Shown: positions 22,880 to 35,617 of the stretch, piece by piece
Numbering within the stretch: position 1 is the stretch's first letter
How the letters are laid out: every line of letters begins with the position of its first letter
From: Schizosaccharomyces osmophilus
Taxonomy: Eukaryota
Direction: 5' to 3'
DNA: 64,000 nt
Assembly: GCF_027921745.1 (NCBI RefSeq)
Contig: NC_079238.1
Span: forward strand, 5,084,001-5,148,000
The notes under the pieces: model-generated
Seen by the model: the letters and a program-made list of their open reading frames with translations, nothing else
What the model was told of the DNA's origin: nothing
The model's database searches: none
Position numbers and translations under genes: made by a program

Positions 22880-25138
22880 TTAGCCGCTGGATTTCATACC
22901 CGAAGCCAACTCGTCAGACAAGTTCCTTAAAATATTAGCATACGACTCTTCTAACTGTGAGCGAACATTATCTTCATTAGGGTATGACGATTTTGGAGAT
23001 GCTCGTACACCAGCTGACTTAACGGTCCAATATAAATCGCTAACAGAATCCGGATCGGTTATAAAATTTTTAAGCCTCTGATTAAAATCGGTATGACAGT
23101 GAGACAATGATTTTTGGGTGGGTACTTCGGCTGGAATGGATTCTTGTTTTGTAAGGACATCTTCTGGAATTGATGTAGGAGGAGAAACGTAGGAAGAAGG
23201 GCTCTCCGAAGATTCTGTATTCAAAACTTTATCTTGATACATATCGAAATCATGAGATCCTGGCGTACTAGGCTCACCACTTCCACTAACTAAATCTGGA
23301 GTAAGACTCTGGTCATTTTTGTCAGATTCCGAGGCAACAGACGATTGATACAAGCTAAACATAGAATCCTCGCCAGATGCAGTATAATCTTTTGATTCGT
23401 CATGATTATTATCCTCGTTATTAAAGGCAGCCAGACTAGAATTTTCTTCTGGTAAAGCTTTGCGTTTAACTCTGAAGGGCGAAGTAATCCTCTCCGGTGA
23501 CTCTTCAGCATGACTATCATTTATTGTAATTGGGGGGGCATTTGAACTTCTATAAAGTTGATTTCGGTCGTCAACAAGGCTTTTTTGACTCATATTGGAA
23601 TTACCTTCCGCATCCTGAAATGTCGGAGACGAGGGCGCCGAAGAAGAAACATTATGAGGTTGCAACTCAGTTTCTTTCCCTCTAGCCAAGTCGACAGAAA
23701 CAGAATGTCGGATGGGTTTAGGTATAAACTGTTTACCCTCAGAAATCAATGACGAGGGTATACGTGGTTCGCTAGAGTGCATTTGATTTGAACTTGGCTG
23801 CTCCTTCTTATCGGTGGACTCAGCCCCAAAATTAGCAAAAGAATCAGGGCTTTCAGATAGACGGTCTCGCAAATTAGTAGCTTCCAACCGCTGTGAGTGA
23901 GTTTCAGCACTTGAGGCTGGAGCGGGGCATGAAAGAGGACGATCGGGATCTGGAGATGCAGATGAATTTAGTTTTAAGGCACCGGTAGACAATGCTCGTT
24001 TTAAGGGGGATGGGGCTTTACTAGAAAATCTTGGAGTCGGAGCAATCATACCATGGTTACGATACAATTGCTCGCCGTCTTCCTGAAGTCTTGTTTCGCT
24101 CTCGTCAGCATCGTTATGATACTTGGAATCGGAGGAAACTACGTTTTGAAAGTCCCTACTTGAATTAAAGTTCGCGGAATCGGTAGGCAAAGTGGAGGAA
24201 CGAGTGGTAGCGTGTTGTTGTTCAGTAAGAGAAGTGTTGGTTCGATTATCATCATCCTTGTCGTCATCATCATCATCATCATCAATAGCATCGTCTAGAT
24301 TAATTGATTCATCATCTGAGGAAGTATCGTTACTGGTGGAAAATTCAATTTCCAGTCCATTTTCGGCTACTGCACGATTTACCATGGCCTCGTAGTCATT
24401 CTCTGAAAATGAGGCATCATCCATATCAGGATCAGTACCGGGGTTTATAGGACAATTAAAAGCAACTCGCTTCATGCGAACTCGAACTAATTCGTCATTT
24501 TTGCTAAAAGATGGAGCAAGGGACGGAGCTGGAAGAGCATTTCCAGAACTTGAAGTATCGGAATTCTTGTACTTGTTCAAGCGTGCTAAACGCTCACTAG
24601 GTGTTTCAATATATTCCGCAGGTAAATATCCAATAGTAGAGTTGTTACAAATTTTAACAAGCCACCAATAACTATTGGAATCATCCAAAAGTATCATCAT
24701 CTCGCCTTTTTCCGCAGTAACTTGCCCCTCCACGGTAGCGTCAAAACGGCGAATAGCATAAACATAGTTGATGTCAATTTCTTCTTCATTAATAGAGGGA
24801 GACGAGCTTAGTTCTGCTTCATACAGAGCCAACGCTTCTTCCTCATCAACTAGGTCGTCGTCGTCATCCGAGTTTTGGTTCTCTAAATCGAATAACTCAT
24901 CGTAGTCTTCATCCAAGTCATATTTTATTGTAGAATTAAGTAAAAGATCTTGGTTCGTCGAGGGCAGGGAAGAGGTATTTCCCGAGTCGTTTCCATCATT
25001 TCGTAGTTCAGTAAAGCCTTGATCAGCGGATGAAGCTGGTACTATCGAAGCATTGGAAGGCATGTCTTCATGGTTTTCAATTTGTTGTTCAATGATATGA
25101 AGGCTATCCGAAGAAGGAGCTGGTGGAGCCTCTACCAT
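22880..25138 (-). CDS. tea4: SH3-domain cell-polarity protein (Tea4/Bud14-like), 752 aa
   Basis: SH3 (VYAIRRFDATVEGQ...SYWWLVK...GYLPAEYIETPSERLARLN) followed by PP1-docking KRVAF; acidic low-complexity tracts. Confidence 0.88.
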   Translation of the reverse strand: MVEAPPAPSSDSLHIIEQQIENHEDMPSNASIVPASSADQGFTELRNDGNDSGNTSSLPSTNQDLLLNSTIKYDLDEDYDELFDLENQNSDDDDDLVDEEEALALYEAELSSSPSINEEEIDINYVYAIRRFDATVEGQVTAEKGEMMILLDDSNSYWWLVKICNNSTIGYLPAEYIETPSERLARLNKYKNSDTSSSGNALPAPSLAPSFSKNDELVRVRMKRVAFNCPINPGTDPDMDDASFSENDYEAMVNRAVAENGLEIEFSTSNDTSSDDESINLDDAIDDDDDDDDKDDDNRTNTSLTEQQHATTRSSTLPTDSANFNSSRDFQNVVSSDSKYHNDADESETRLQEDGEQLYRNHGMIAPTPRFSSKAPSPLKRALSTGALKLNSSASPDPDRPLSCPAPASSAETHSQRLEATNLRDRLSESPDSFANFGAESTDKKEQPSSNQMHSSEPRIPSSLISEGKQFIPKPIRHSVSVDLARGKETELQPHNVSSSAPSSPTFQDAEGNSNMSQKSLVDDRNQLYRSSNAPPITINDSHAEESPERITSPFRVKRKALPEENSSLAAFNNEDNNHDESKDYTASGEDSMFSLYQSSVASESDKNDQSLTPDLVSGSGEPSTPGSHDFDMYQDKVLNTESSESPSSYVSPPTSIPEDVLTKQESIPAEVPTQKSLSHCHTDFNQRLKNFITDPDSVSDLYWTVKSAGVRASPKSSYPNEDNVRSQLEESYANILRNLSDELASGMKSSG

Positions 25139-26188
25139 GACGACTAAATAGTTATATCACAAAATGCCAGTCGAACACCAAATGACTTTTTCTATTTTTT
25201 TTATTGGATTCTTACAAAAGGGGTTTTTTTTTAATGAACAGGAATCAAGGAAATGCGTATCGAGGCAAGTTAAACAAAGTAAACTTAAGGCCCTTTTTTT
25301 TTAAACCAAACACAAACACAAACCAAATTCTAATAATTCTTTATACGAAAACAATCTTCCTTAAGAATGTCCTTCCCTGCTATTTTCATCCCAAACGTAT
25401 TAAAAAATGGGTGAAATCGTAATTTCTATTACCCAGTAAGTCGCGTGTTAAGGACACGTATATCTGAAGACATGAAAATGACTTGGACCATAGATCAGCA
25501 GTGCTTTGCGTATTACGCTAGTAATATTGTATTATGAAGTGAGTTAATATAATAAAATGAAATGAAATAGTTTGGACATTAGAAAGAAACAAAAGACTTA
25601 ATTCATTAATTAGAAGAAGAAGTAGTGAAAGGTTAGGCGTTTGGGATCCTCTTTGGACGCAAATCGTAGACGTCAGTATGGAACGATAAAGTAAACAAAC
25701 ACAAGGGACGCCATGCTCCTTGCAAGCTAGTCTGTACTCTCGTCTCAAGCTTTCTAACTCTTTGTTTAATTCTCAAAAATCATGTATTCTTAGAAACCTG
25801 CCATAGAACTAGGTCCTTTGAATTCATGAATCTTTTCTTTCGTTCGCAGACTATTGACCTTCTAAGCGGTTCCTTTATCCTTTCATTGGCTTACGCTGTC
25901 GTTTTGTTCATCTTCATCCCTTCCATCTTTATCTAATTCTTTTCTAAATAAATGGATGGTCCCATGCCAAGTTAACAAGGAAGCACGGTTCGTCGAAACG
26001 CAGGCAAACAAAAGAGATTTCGTGTAAATATTGGAAAGTAGACGTTGTGGATGGTGTAAAAATTGAGTTTTACAGCTCATGAAATTATACTTTCATGTCG
26101 TCGTCAAAAAGTAAATGCTATAAAAGCAACAAAGTGGAAGAAATCATTGGAAGCACCATTCTGACATAATTCATGCAGCTTTGAAGGA

Positions 26189-27448
26189 CTAATATTCAGG
26201 AACAGGTTTAAACGCCTCGGGATCGTATTCGTACGCCAAAGGCCCCATCCGGCTTCCGTCTAGCTTGAATTCTCTGAGACTGGGCTTCTCCCAAGCCCAT
26301 TTTTTCAAGTGTTCCTCGTTTAATTCTCGCAACATACAACCAACACTATACTTTCCCAAAACAGGAAAAAATTTAAAGCCATGCCCTGAACCACCAGTGC
26401 ACACAAACAAGTTTTTATATTTGGAATGAAAATCAAAAACAAAATCAGCATCGGCCGTATCTGTGTAATAGCATACTCTCGTCTTTACAAAAGGTCTTTG
26501 ACTAAGTTCCTTTCCGTAGAACGTACGTAGGCAACTGCGAAGATCGTCTTCCGCCTCTTTTGGGAGGGTGGTAGATGACACAGGAACCAAAGGAGGCACG
26601 GATTCTTTTTTGTCATCTTTTAAATTCCTTGTTCTGGTGAAGCCATAACCATGCCTAGCAAACTTTAAAAGACCATCTCTAGTCGGTGGAAAGCTGTAAA
26701 ACGCAGTCTCGAAATCCAGAATGACAGGGTATTTGCGGTATCTTATGCATTCTTCCTCTGTCAGTTGAATAAAACCGACAGGCTGGCCTACTGCCAAAAA
26801 CCGATTTTGCTGTTTTGGAAGAAGGGATGCCGTCCATGCTCCAGTTGCAAGGACAACTAAGTCGGCACTTCTCTTCTCACCGTTCAAAATTTCGACACCA
26901 ACAACCTTGTCGTCTTGGGTAATTAACTCTTTAACCGTCCCGCTGGGACCACAAACGAAGGTGACGCCTTGCTGAATGAGATAGTTTGCGACGGACTTTA
27001 CCGATTCTTCTGCATCAGCCCATCCGGATAATTGATTCACATACCCTCTTTGATGGGCTCCTAATTCAGTATACCAAGCAGAGTAAAAGCTGCGTACATC
27101 CTCAGTATTACGGATTTTCTTACAGGCAGTACCCATCGCGGACAGGTTATCGAAACTGGCGTCTCGGTACATTGAGTCGTTGGGACCAAGGAGTAAGAGT
27201 CCAGAGGGATGAAAGTGATTTTGGAAGAGAGGATGGTTTTCCCAATCCTTTAGGGCCTCCAAACCCATTATGCAATAAGTCATATCTGCATAGTCAGGAC
27301 GGATGATTCGATTTACATCCACAGAGGAGCCATCTACAACAGGTGGAACAGCGCGATCCAAAATGGTAATTTTGTAACCTCCACGTTTAGTCAATTCTAA
27401 TGCTGTCGAAAGGCCAAAGACTCCGGCTCCAACAATAAGAACATCCAT
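26189..27448 (-). CDS. fap1: FAD-dependent L-pipecolate oxidase (sarcosine oxidase family), 419 aa
   Basis: GAGVFG Rossmann motif, [26 protein letters not shown]. Confidence 0.87.
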   Translation of the reverse strand: MDVLIVGAGVFGLSTALELTKRGGYKITILDRAVPPVVDGSSVDVNRIIRPDYADMTYCIMGLEALKDWENHPLFQNHFHPSGLLLLGPNDSMYRDASFDNLSAMGTACKKIRNTEDVRSFYSAWYTELGAHQRGYVNQLSGWADAEESVKSVANYLIQQGVTFVCGPSGTVKELITQDDKVVGVEILNGEKRSADLVVLATGAWTASLLPKQQNRFLAVGQPVGFIQLTEEECIRYRKYPVILDFETAFYSFPPTRDGLLKFARHGYGFTRTRNLKDDKKESVPPLVPVSSTTLPKEAEDDLRSCLRTFYGKELSQRPFVKTRVCYYTDTADADFVFDFHSKYKNLFVCTGGSGHGFKFFPVLGKYSVGCMLRELNEEHLKKWAWEKPSLREFKLDGSRMGPLAYEYDPEAFKPVPEY

Positions 27449-28082
27449 GACTTGAACGTTTCACTACTTGATTCGAAAAGGAACTTACTTCAAGAGTTTC
27501 CGGCTGAAGTAGCAAAAGGGAGAAAAAGGATACGAAGCGTTTTTATCCTACCTAGAAAAAAAAAGAAAAGCTGATAAAAAACGGAATTGATGTCAAGAAT
27601 AAGACTTCAGATTTAGGATAGATAACAATCGGATGGATATCCCAAGTCCTTGAAAGCGCTAATTTTAGAATACTAGGCAATTGGTTGTACAGGAGGAAAA
27701 GAAGGAAATGTAGATCAAAATGGTAACATTCTACCGTATGTAAGGAAGAGAATGGGAAAGCGACAAGACCTTTTCAAGTACAACGATTTGCATGAAGTTT
27801 ACAGTCGTATCGGTCTTTCCAAACGAGTAGAATCTATTGCTGGTCACATTGTTCAACGAAGCTGCTACTATACGAAGAAAAGTCATTCGGCGACAATCGG
27901 TTTATGATGGTTTATTTACAGTTGCGTTCGACTACATTTCGACGCTGTATCCACTATAGTGAGGACGAAGGTAGCGGAAGTTAATTTACGAAATCCAACA
28001 CACTCAGACTTCATGCGTTACCATTCAAACTCCACGTACTTAACTTCTCCCAAACACAGAACACCAAAATAAACAAAGTCAG

Positions 28083-30013
28083 ATGGGCAATTGCTTATCT
28101 TGTTGTAACAGTATGGTAGCAGTATTTATATGTAGAATGCTAACAAAAGAGAAGAATCTAAAGATGAACAGTACGAGCCGTTACTGGCGGATCGAGAAAG
28201 AGAAGCTGTAGCAGACTTGTTAAATTTCTTGGAAGATGTAAGGAAAAGTTTAGGAGGAAGTGGTTGATTAACGAATGAATTGTAGAGAAATGAGGTGAAC
28301 TTCTATAGTGAAGAACCATTAAGGGCGTTGACAATTCTTGCGTACTCTGACAATATTGATCTTCAACGATCAGCAGCTCTGGCTTTTGCCGAAATTACTG
28401 AAAAAGGTATTGAACATGCGGTTTAGTCGCTATTGGCATTGTCTGGACAAACGGCTTACATATATAGATGTTCGGGAAGTCGATCGTGAAACCATCGAAC
28501 CCGTTTTGTTTTTGTTGCAAAGTCCTGATGCCGAGATTCAGCGAGCTGCAAGCGTTGCACTAGGCAATTTAGCTGTCAATGCCGAAAATAAGGCCCTTGT
28601 GGTCAAGTTGAACGGTTTGGATCTCTTAATTCGTCAAATGATGTCCCCTCATGTTGAGGTGCAATGCAACGCCGTTGGCTGTATCACGAACTTGGCTACT
28701 TTGGATGAAAACAAATCAAAAATAGCTCATTCTGGTGCCCTTGGTCCCCTTACTCGACTTGCAAAGAGCAAGGATATACGTGTACAGAGAAATGCCACTG
28801 GTGCATTGCTTAATATGACCCATTCTTGTATGTAGTCTTTCTTTCTTTTTCTTTTAGTTTATTTTTATCTTTGTGAAGAATTGTTTTTTCTAACTGGTCG
28901 CTAGATGAAAATCGTCAACAACTCGTTAACGCTGGAACCATACCTGTTCTGGTTTCCTTACTCCCCAGTTTAGACGCCGACGTGCAATATTATTGCACAA
29001 CATCCATCAGCAACATCGCTGTCGATGCCATCCATCGCAAAAAACTTGCTCAGAGCGAACCCAAGTTGGTTCGCTCACTTATCCAGCTCATGGACACTGC
29101 TAGTCCCAAAGTTCAATGTCAAGCCGCTTTAGCTTTGCGTAATCTCGCTTCTGATGAGCGCTATCAAATTGAGATTGTTCAAAGTAATGCCTTGCCCTCG
29201 CTTCTCCGTTTACTCCGTTCTTCTTATCTTCCTTTAATTCTCGCATCAGTTGCATGCGTCCGAAACATCTCTATCCATCCTCTCAACGAATCCCCTATTA
29301 TTGACGTTGGTTTCCTTCGTCCTTTAGTAGATTTGCTCTCTTGTACCGAAAATGAAGAGATTCAATGTCATGCGGTGTCCACGTTGCGTAATTTAGCCGC
29401 TAGCTCGGAACGAAATAAACGCGCTATTATTGAGGCTAACGCTATACAAAAACTCCGTGATTTAATCCTAGATGCCCCCGTCAGCGTTCAAAGCGAAATG
29501 ACCGCTTGTCTTGCCGTATTGGCCCTCAGCGACGAATTCAAATCGTATTTGTTAAATTATGGTATATGTAATGTCCTTATCCCCTTGACGGATTCTATGT
29601 CAATAGAAGTACAAGGAAACTCTGCTGCTGCCTTGGGTAACCTTTCTTCAAATGTTGACGATTATGGTCAATTTATTGAGTGTTGGGATTCTCCTGCAGG
29701 TGGAATTCGTGGTTACCTTGTCCGATTCTTGAGCAGTGAAGACTCCACCTTTGCTCATATCGCTGCTTGGACGATCGTGCAATTACTAGAAGCTGGAGGT
29801 ATGTTCATGTTACTTGTCTTTCCTTTCTTTTTCTAACTCATTTTAGTTCCTCGATTAACTGCTTTTATTCAATCAAGCGATGATATTATTGAACTCCTAA
29901 ACGATATAGTTGCCAGAGACGTGAATAATGGAGAATACGAAGATGGCGAAGGAGATGTTATTTTACTGTCAGGTCGAGCACTGCATCTAATTGAGCAAGA
30001 CGCTGATGCTTAA
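28083..30013 (+). CDS. vac8: Vacuolar armadillo-repeat protein, 6 exons (introns 28111-28154, 28238-28285, 28407-28467, 28828-28904, 29799-29846)
   Basis: MGNCLSCC acylation-type N-terminus; ARM repeats ([42 protein letters not shown]); introns splice in frame. Confidence 0.92.
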
Positions 30014-30390
30014 TGACTCAAACAGACAAACGCATATATTTCTATATGTATCATTATCAACATTCTTTATCTCGTCATTCATCTGTTAATCTTTTAATAA
30101 CCGTCTTTTTTTCTTTCAAAATATTAAATATTAGATACTAACTAGAACCTAATGATTTGATTCTATTTTACTAATGATATTATTGTTAACTTTTTATAAA
30201 ATGAATTTTTCAAAACAACAAATAACGGTTATATTAATCTTTACGTTTACACGTTCAAGGCACATTATTCAAAAGACAGGAGCGTCCCTTAAAGAATTAA
30301 TTAATAGCATAATGCCCAAAAATGAAATTGTACATGCAACAACTAAACAATCTAAAACAGAGGTAGAAACACTGCGTCCATCCATCGCTT

Positions 30391-32637
30391 TTAATGCTTC
30401 TTTTTTTGTGATTTGAATTTTCCAAAAAATCTTGATAAAAAATTTCCTTTTGAGGGTTTCTTCTTTGAAGCCTTTTTCGGTTTCAGATCTTGCTGTTCGG
30501 CGTCGGCTGCTTCTGGCTGATGCGCAATAGATGAGTATGAAGGTTCCTCGAGTTGTGATTTTTTTGAATTTGCAATCTTCGATTGAGCATGCTGGGTAGA
30601 TAAGTTTTGTGGTTCCGAACGACTATATACCGGCTCAGGCTCGACGTTGAAGACACCTCTTCGGGAAGGCAGGATTTCCTGCTCATGCGAATTTCCTTCT
30701 TGAATATGAGTGATCTGTGGTGTTGATGCAGAAGCGGAAAGAACTTTTGTTGACAGTTGTGAATTGGAATCATTCAGGCTCCTTGAAGCGGACGGTAATG
30801 AGATAGTTTCGGAACGATTTTGAGATTCATTGCTTGTCGCGTAGTTTGATTTTTCCGTCGTAGATTCTTCAATGGGAGCATGAGCGGAATCGACCGGTTC
30901 TTCGACAAGAGGAAAAGCAGGCTGAAAATTAGGAACTAAGTTTAAGAGTGAATGATCGGGAAAGCTTTGATGAACATTAAACAAAGTCAACTTTGAAATA
31001 ATTTGTGGCCAGCGATTGATTAATCCTTCGACAATTCTAGCCTCCACCCTTGCTTTTTCCGTTTCAAACTGCATAAGGTTATTAAAATCAGAAGACTGGC
31101 TTGACTTGGAAAGATCCGATATGGAATTCCCTAACAATAAAGGACCAAAGATAATCCCCAGTGCTTCAGATTTCATTAAACTAGATTCTTTGCCAAGCTC
31201 CATCGTTGCTTCCAGTTCCCTTGTCCGCATGGAAACTTGCCGTAAAAGAGCCATGAGACTGCAAAACAAGGAAAAGCGAATGACTGAGTCAATTTGAGCA
31301 ATGGCAAAGGCGACTAATTCAGCCCACGCATCAGATGGTAAAGACGGTGACTCGTCTAAAAATAAAGGAACAAACATGTTTAATACATCTTTTGTTCCCA
31401 AAAGTCCTCCGGGTAAAACCATGATAAACCGTTTGAGAACACCGCCAATGTCGATGCTTGTAGGGAACCCAATTTTGTTGAAAACGCTAGAGGTCTCATC
31501 CAGCCAATAGTGAGGAGGCAGATAATAGTTTTTCATAATAGCATTGATGATGGGGCCCGAGCCACTGATTCGAAAAATGCCAGGTACGTGAAGAGCATTT
31601 GATGACAAGGCATATATGCACTGTGCAAACACATGGGGAAGCAAGAGAGGGAACGGGGCCAGTTCAATCGGTTGAAAGGAAAACTTACAGAGGTCGTCAG
31701 CATAGGAAATACTTAAATCTTCGACGGATTTACCAAAGACGGTGGCGGGAGAAGGAGTTGGATGGGCGGTAGAACGATGGGGAAATTTAAGATAATGGGT
31801 CAAAGAGCGACGATGAATGCCGGGAGACTGCTTTTTCGGAGAATGGGAGGAAGAAGGACGGCGGAGAAGGGAAGACAAGCTGGGTTTGCCCAAAGAGTGT
31901 TTGGAAGGGCTGCGTTTGGGGGAATCTTGAGAGGGAGTTGGACTTGGAAAGACGCTGGTAGAAACCCGGGAGTTAGCGGAAAATTCTGCGGAAGGGTTGG
32001 GAAGTTTTGACGGGGACTGCTGCGGGGTGGAAAGAAAGAGGTCTTGGGAGGGTAAAATGGAGGAAACAGGTCTCCGAGAAGGGGTACGAAAAGAGTCAAC
32101 AGGATGCTTTTCAAAAGCAGCTGATTCCTGAACATGCTGGGCCTTGAGTTCTTCGTCGGATGACATTTCTGGAAGCAAAGGAAGGGTTTTAGGAGTAGTA
32201 GCAGGTTTGGGCTTGGAAGGAGATTCCGATGGGGTTACAAAACCGTCATCGTGGCCATGACGAAGGGAATCATCAAATGGATTGAATTCCTCATAAGCAT
32301 CATCCTGGATATAGTAACTGAAACGGTTTTCCTTGGGTCGAGAAGCAGCTTCTTCTAGAGTCTTTCTGGGAAGGCTGTGGATATCAAAGAGAGCTTGGTA
32401 TTTGGCAAGATAGTCGTTTCTGAGCTCATTGGACTTGTCTTCGTCTTTCCTCGTCGGCGCATACGGTTTTGCAGGTTCTTCTCCGAGCGACGACGGTTTG
32501 GGCAGCGCATTTTGGGCATGGGAACGAGATTCAGCAATTGGAGCAAGAGGGGACTCGTGGGTTTCTGTATCATATTCTCCATAAAGATTTGCAGAGGGGA
32601 CCGACCCATGTTTTACCGTGGAGGATCGAAAGAGCAT
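30391..32637 (-). CDS. rga6: Rho GTPase-activating protein, 748 aa
   Basis: PGIFRISGS arginine finger, ALGIIFGPLL, Ser/Pro-rich N-terminus, polybasic C-terminus. Confidence 0.85.
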   Translation of the reverse strand: MLFRSSTVKHGSVPSANLYGEYDTETHESPLAPIAESRSHAQNALPKPSSLGEEPAKPYAPTRKDEDKSNELRNDYLAKYQALFDIHSLPRKTLEEAASRPKENRFSYYIQDDAYEEFNPFDDSLRHGHDDGFVTPSESPSKPKPATTPKTLPLLPEMSSDEELKAQHVQESAAFEKHPVDSFRTPSRRPVSSILPSQDLFLSTPQQSPSKLPNPSAEFSANSRVSTSVFPSPTPSQDSPKRSPSKHSLGKPSLSSLLRRPSSSHSPKKQSPGIHRRSLTHYLKFPHRSTAHPTPSPATVFGKSVEDLSISYADDLCKFSFQPIELAPFPLLLPHVFAQCIYALSSNALHVPGIFRISGSGPIINAIMKNYYLPPHYWLDETSSVFNKIGFPTSIDIGGVLKRFIMVLPGGLLGTKDVLNMFVPLFLDESPSLPSDAWAELVAFAIAQIDSVIRFSLFCSLMALLRQVSMRTRELEATMELGKESSLMKSEALGIIFGPLLLGNSISDLSKSSQSSDFNNLMQFETEKARVEARIVEGLINRWPQIISKLTLFNVHQSFPDHSLLNLVPNFQPAFPLVEEPVDSAHAPIEESTTEKSNYATSNESQNRSETISLPSASRSLNDSNSQLSTKVLSASASTPQITHIQEGNSHEQEILPSRRGVFNVEPEPVYSRSEPQNLSTQHAQSKIANSKKSQLEEPSYSSIAHQPEAADAEQQDLKPKKASKKKPSKGNFLSRFFGKFKSQKKKH

Positions 32638-32885
32638 GATTCAAAGTTCGACATAGGACAGAAGATGGAAAAATGAAAGGAAAAAGCTTTTCAAGAGAGT
32701 TGCAAAGGCGAAAAAAGATTTATTTTGGAAAAAAAGAAAAGGAATGATGTCTTGGGATGCAAATAAATAGAAGTGAAAGATGCAGGCGGTCGAGAGAAAA
32801 TATTCGTTACTTTTGAATCGAATCGTTTTGAAGTAACAATAAACAAACAGATGAGTAAAAGGAAGGGCAAGAAGAAGCAAGAGAA

Positions 32886-32935
32886 ATATGAATATGAATA
32901 TGAAAAGGAAGAGGAAGAGGAAGAGGAAGAGGAAA
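32886..32935. repeat. Compound hexamer microsatellite (ATATGA)3 then (GAGGAA)4 upstream of rga6
   Basis: Read directly; source of spurious YEYEYEKEEEE and poly-Ser ORFs. Confidence 0.75.
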
Positions 32936-33289
32936 AAGGTGGTGATGGAGGATGGAAAGAGATGGAGACAGTTGCTTCCGAATGCGAATTGTCGTCGGTA
33001 CAAGAAGCAGCGGTTCGGCCGGTAATAAAATCCGATGGATAGAGTAAACTAGCAGTAGAAAAGTGTAGGTAAGATGCAAGACGAAAGTAAGGTCTATGCA
33101 CGGAGCAAGAGTTCAGCAAGTATACTAGATAAAAATGGAGTCTGAAAAATAATAATTTACAGTGGTTTAAAGCCTTTGTTACAACACAAGAGAATTAGAT
33201 AAAAAGATTTTTAATTGAATGTCTAAATTTCAGATCTAGGTGATTACCAAAATGAAACGAAAAAAAAAGGTCTAAAAAAGCCAAGTGAT

Positions 33290-34435
<1,146 letters not shown>

Positions 34436-34491
34436 TTACACACTAAAGAATTTCTTCTGTTTGTGATGTAGAATAAAAGCAGCAGAAGCCT

Positions 34492-34500
34492 CTATTTATA
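34492..34500 (-). promoter_or_regulatory. TATA box (TATAAATAG) of gpd3
   Basis: Plus strand ctatttata about 200 bp upstream of the ATG, at the edge of a GC-rich upstream region. Confidence 0.6.
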
Positions 34501-35133
34501 ACATTTCGCTCCAGTGGAAATTTGCCGAACAGACCGGGTGTCAGGCGAAATGATCCGTTCCTTAAACTTCCGTCTCATCAGATGGAAATTCTTCCACCGT
34601 TCCATCTGATCAAATCGTATGCTTCGGTCGGGCCCTGCCACGTAAGCAGCGAGCGACGAGCGACGAGCGACGCAGAGGGACAAAAAGAGATGCCGAGAAG
34701 AGTTACGAGTAGAAAAATAATTGAGAAATAGGAAAACTGTCGTCCATTTGCACCGTCGCTGGCTTTTTTTCCTCTTTTCCCTCTACTGAAAACCATCCTT
34801 CAGGTAAACAATCGACTTCTTCTTGTTTCCATCTTGTTCCCCGGTTGTCACTTGAAAGGTATCCCCGGAGAAACCGCGATCTCGATTCCTACGTCAGCAA
34901 ACAAGGGAAAAACTCGAGTTTCTCCGAGTGCTTCAGAGCGGGGCGGGCCAGTGTTCCATAGTTGTTCCAGAAGGGCAATCCTTCCATCTTGCGTCATACC
35001 CTCCTTGAGGAAGGGGCTGCCGAAGTCGGAGAGACACAGTGGTTCAAAGGGGCCGAGACGACTCCCTGTTTATTCGTAGAAGAATTCGTTTGGAAAGAAG
35101 GTGGATCATAGCGAAACCTTTTTTGAGAGAAAT

Positions 35134-35186
35134 GTAAACAAATAAATAAATAAATAAACAAACAAGAAACAAATAAATAAATAAAC
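35134..35186. repeat. (AAAT/AAAC)n low-complexity tract
   Basis: gtaaacaaataaataaataaataaacaaacaagaaacaaataaataaataaac. Confidence 0.65.
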
Positions 35187-35617
35187 GAAAAAAGACCAAA
35201 TCGATAAAAACAAATTATTAAAAAACATCTTTTGAAACGTAGAAATAGAAAATAAAATTAAAAAATAAATTATCTACAAATTCATATACTTCAAACCGTT
35301 AAAATATCAAACCATCGAAAGAAATGCCCTTTCACAACAGCCCCTCTATAACAACTACTCATTCCATTCAAAAATTCATCATGATATTTACATCTTTACT
35401 ATGTATCATTTATCCAAACAACTTTTCTATTCTTGCCTGCCATTCATCACGATATCCTATACATTAAAAAAACCAACGCTGTCATATCATCATCACCACA
35501 AGGAAAACCAAAAAAACACAAGCAATCGACAAATTTAAACCTCCCCGTTCAAATTCCATCCATCCTTGTCTTTTTTGGTTTCTTTATTGTATCTTCTTTC
35601 TTCCTTTTCAACTTGTT

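Noticed and set aside
25883..26080. 65-aa ATG ORF between tea4 and fap1
   Set aside because: No recognisable motif or supporting splice structure; cannot be told from a chance ORF
32641..33119. Overlapping low-complexity ORFs upstream of rga6
   Set aside because: Produced by stop-free hexamer microsatellites and purine/pyrimidine tracts
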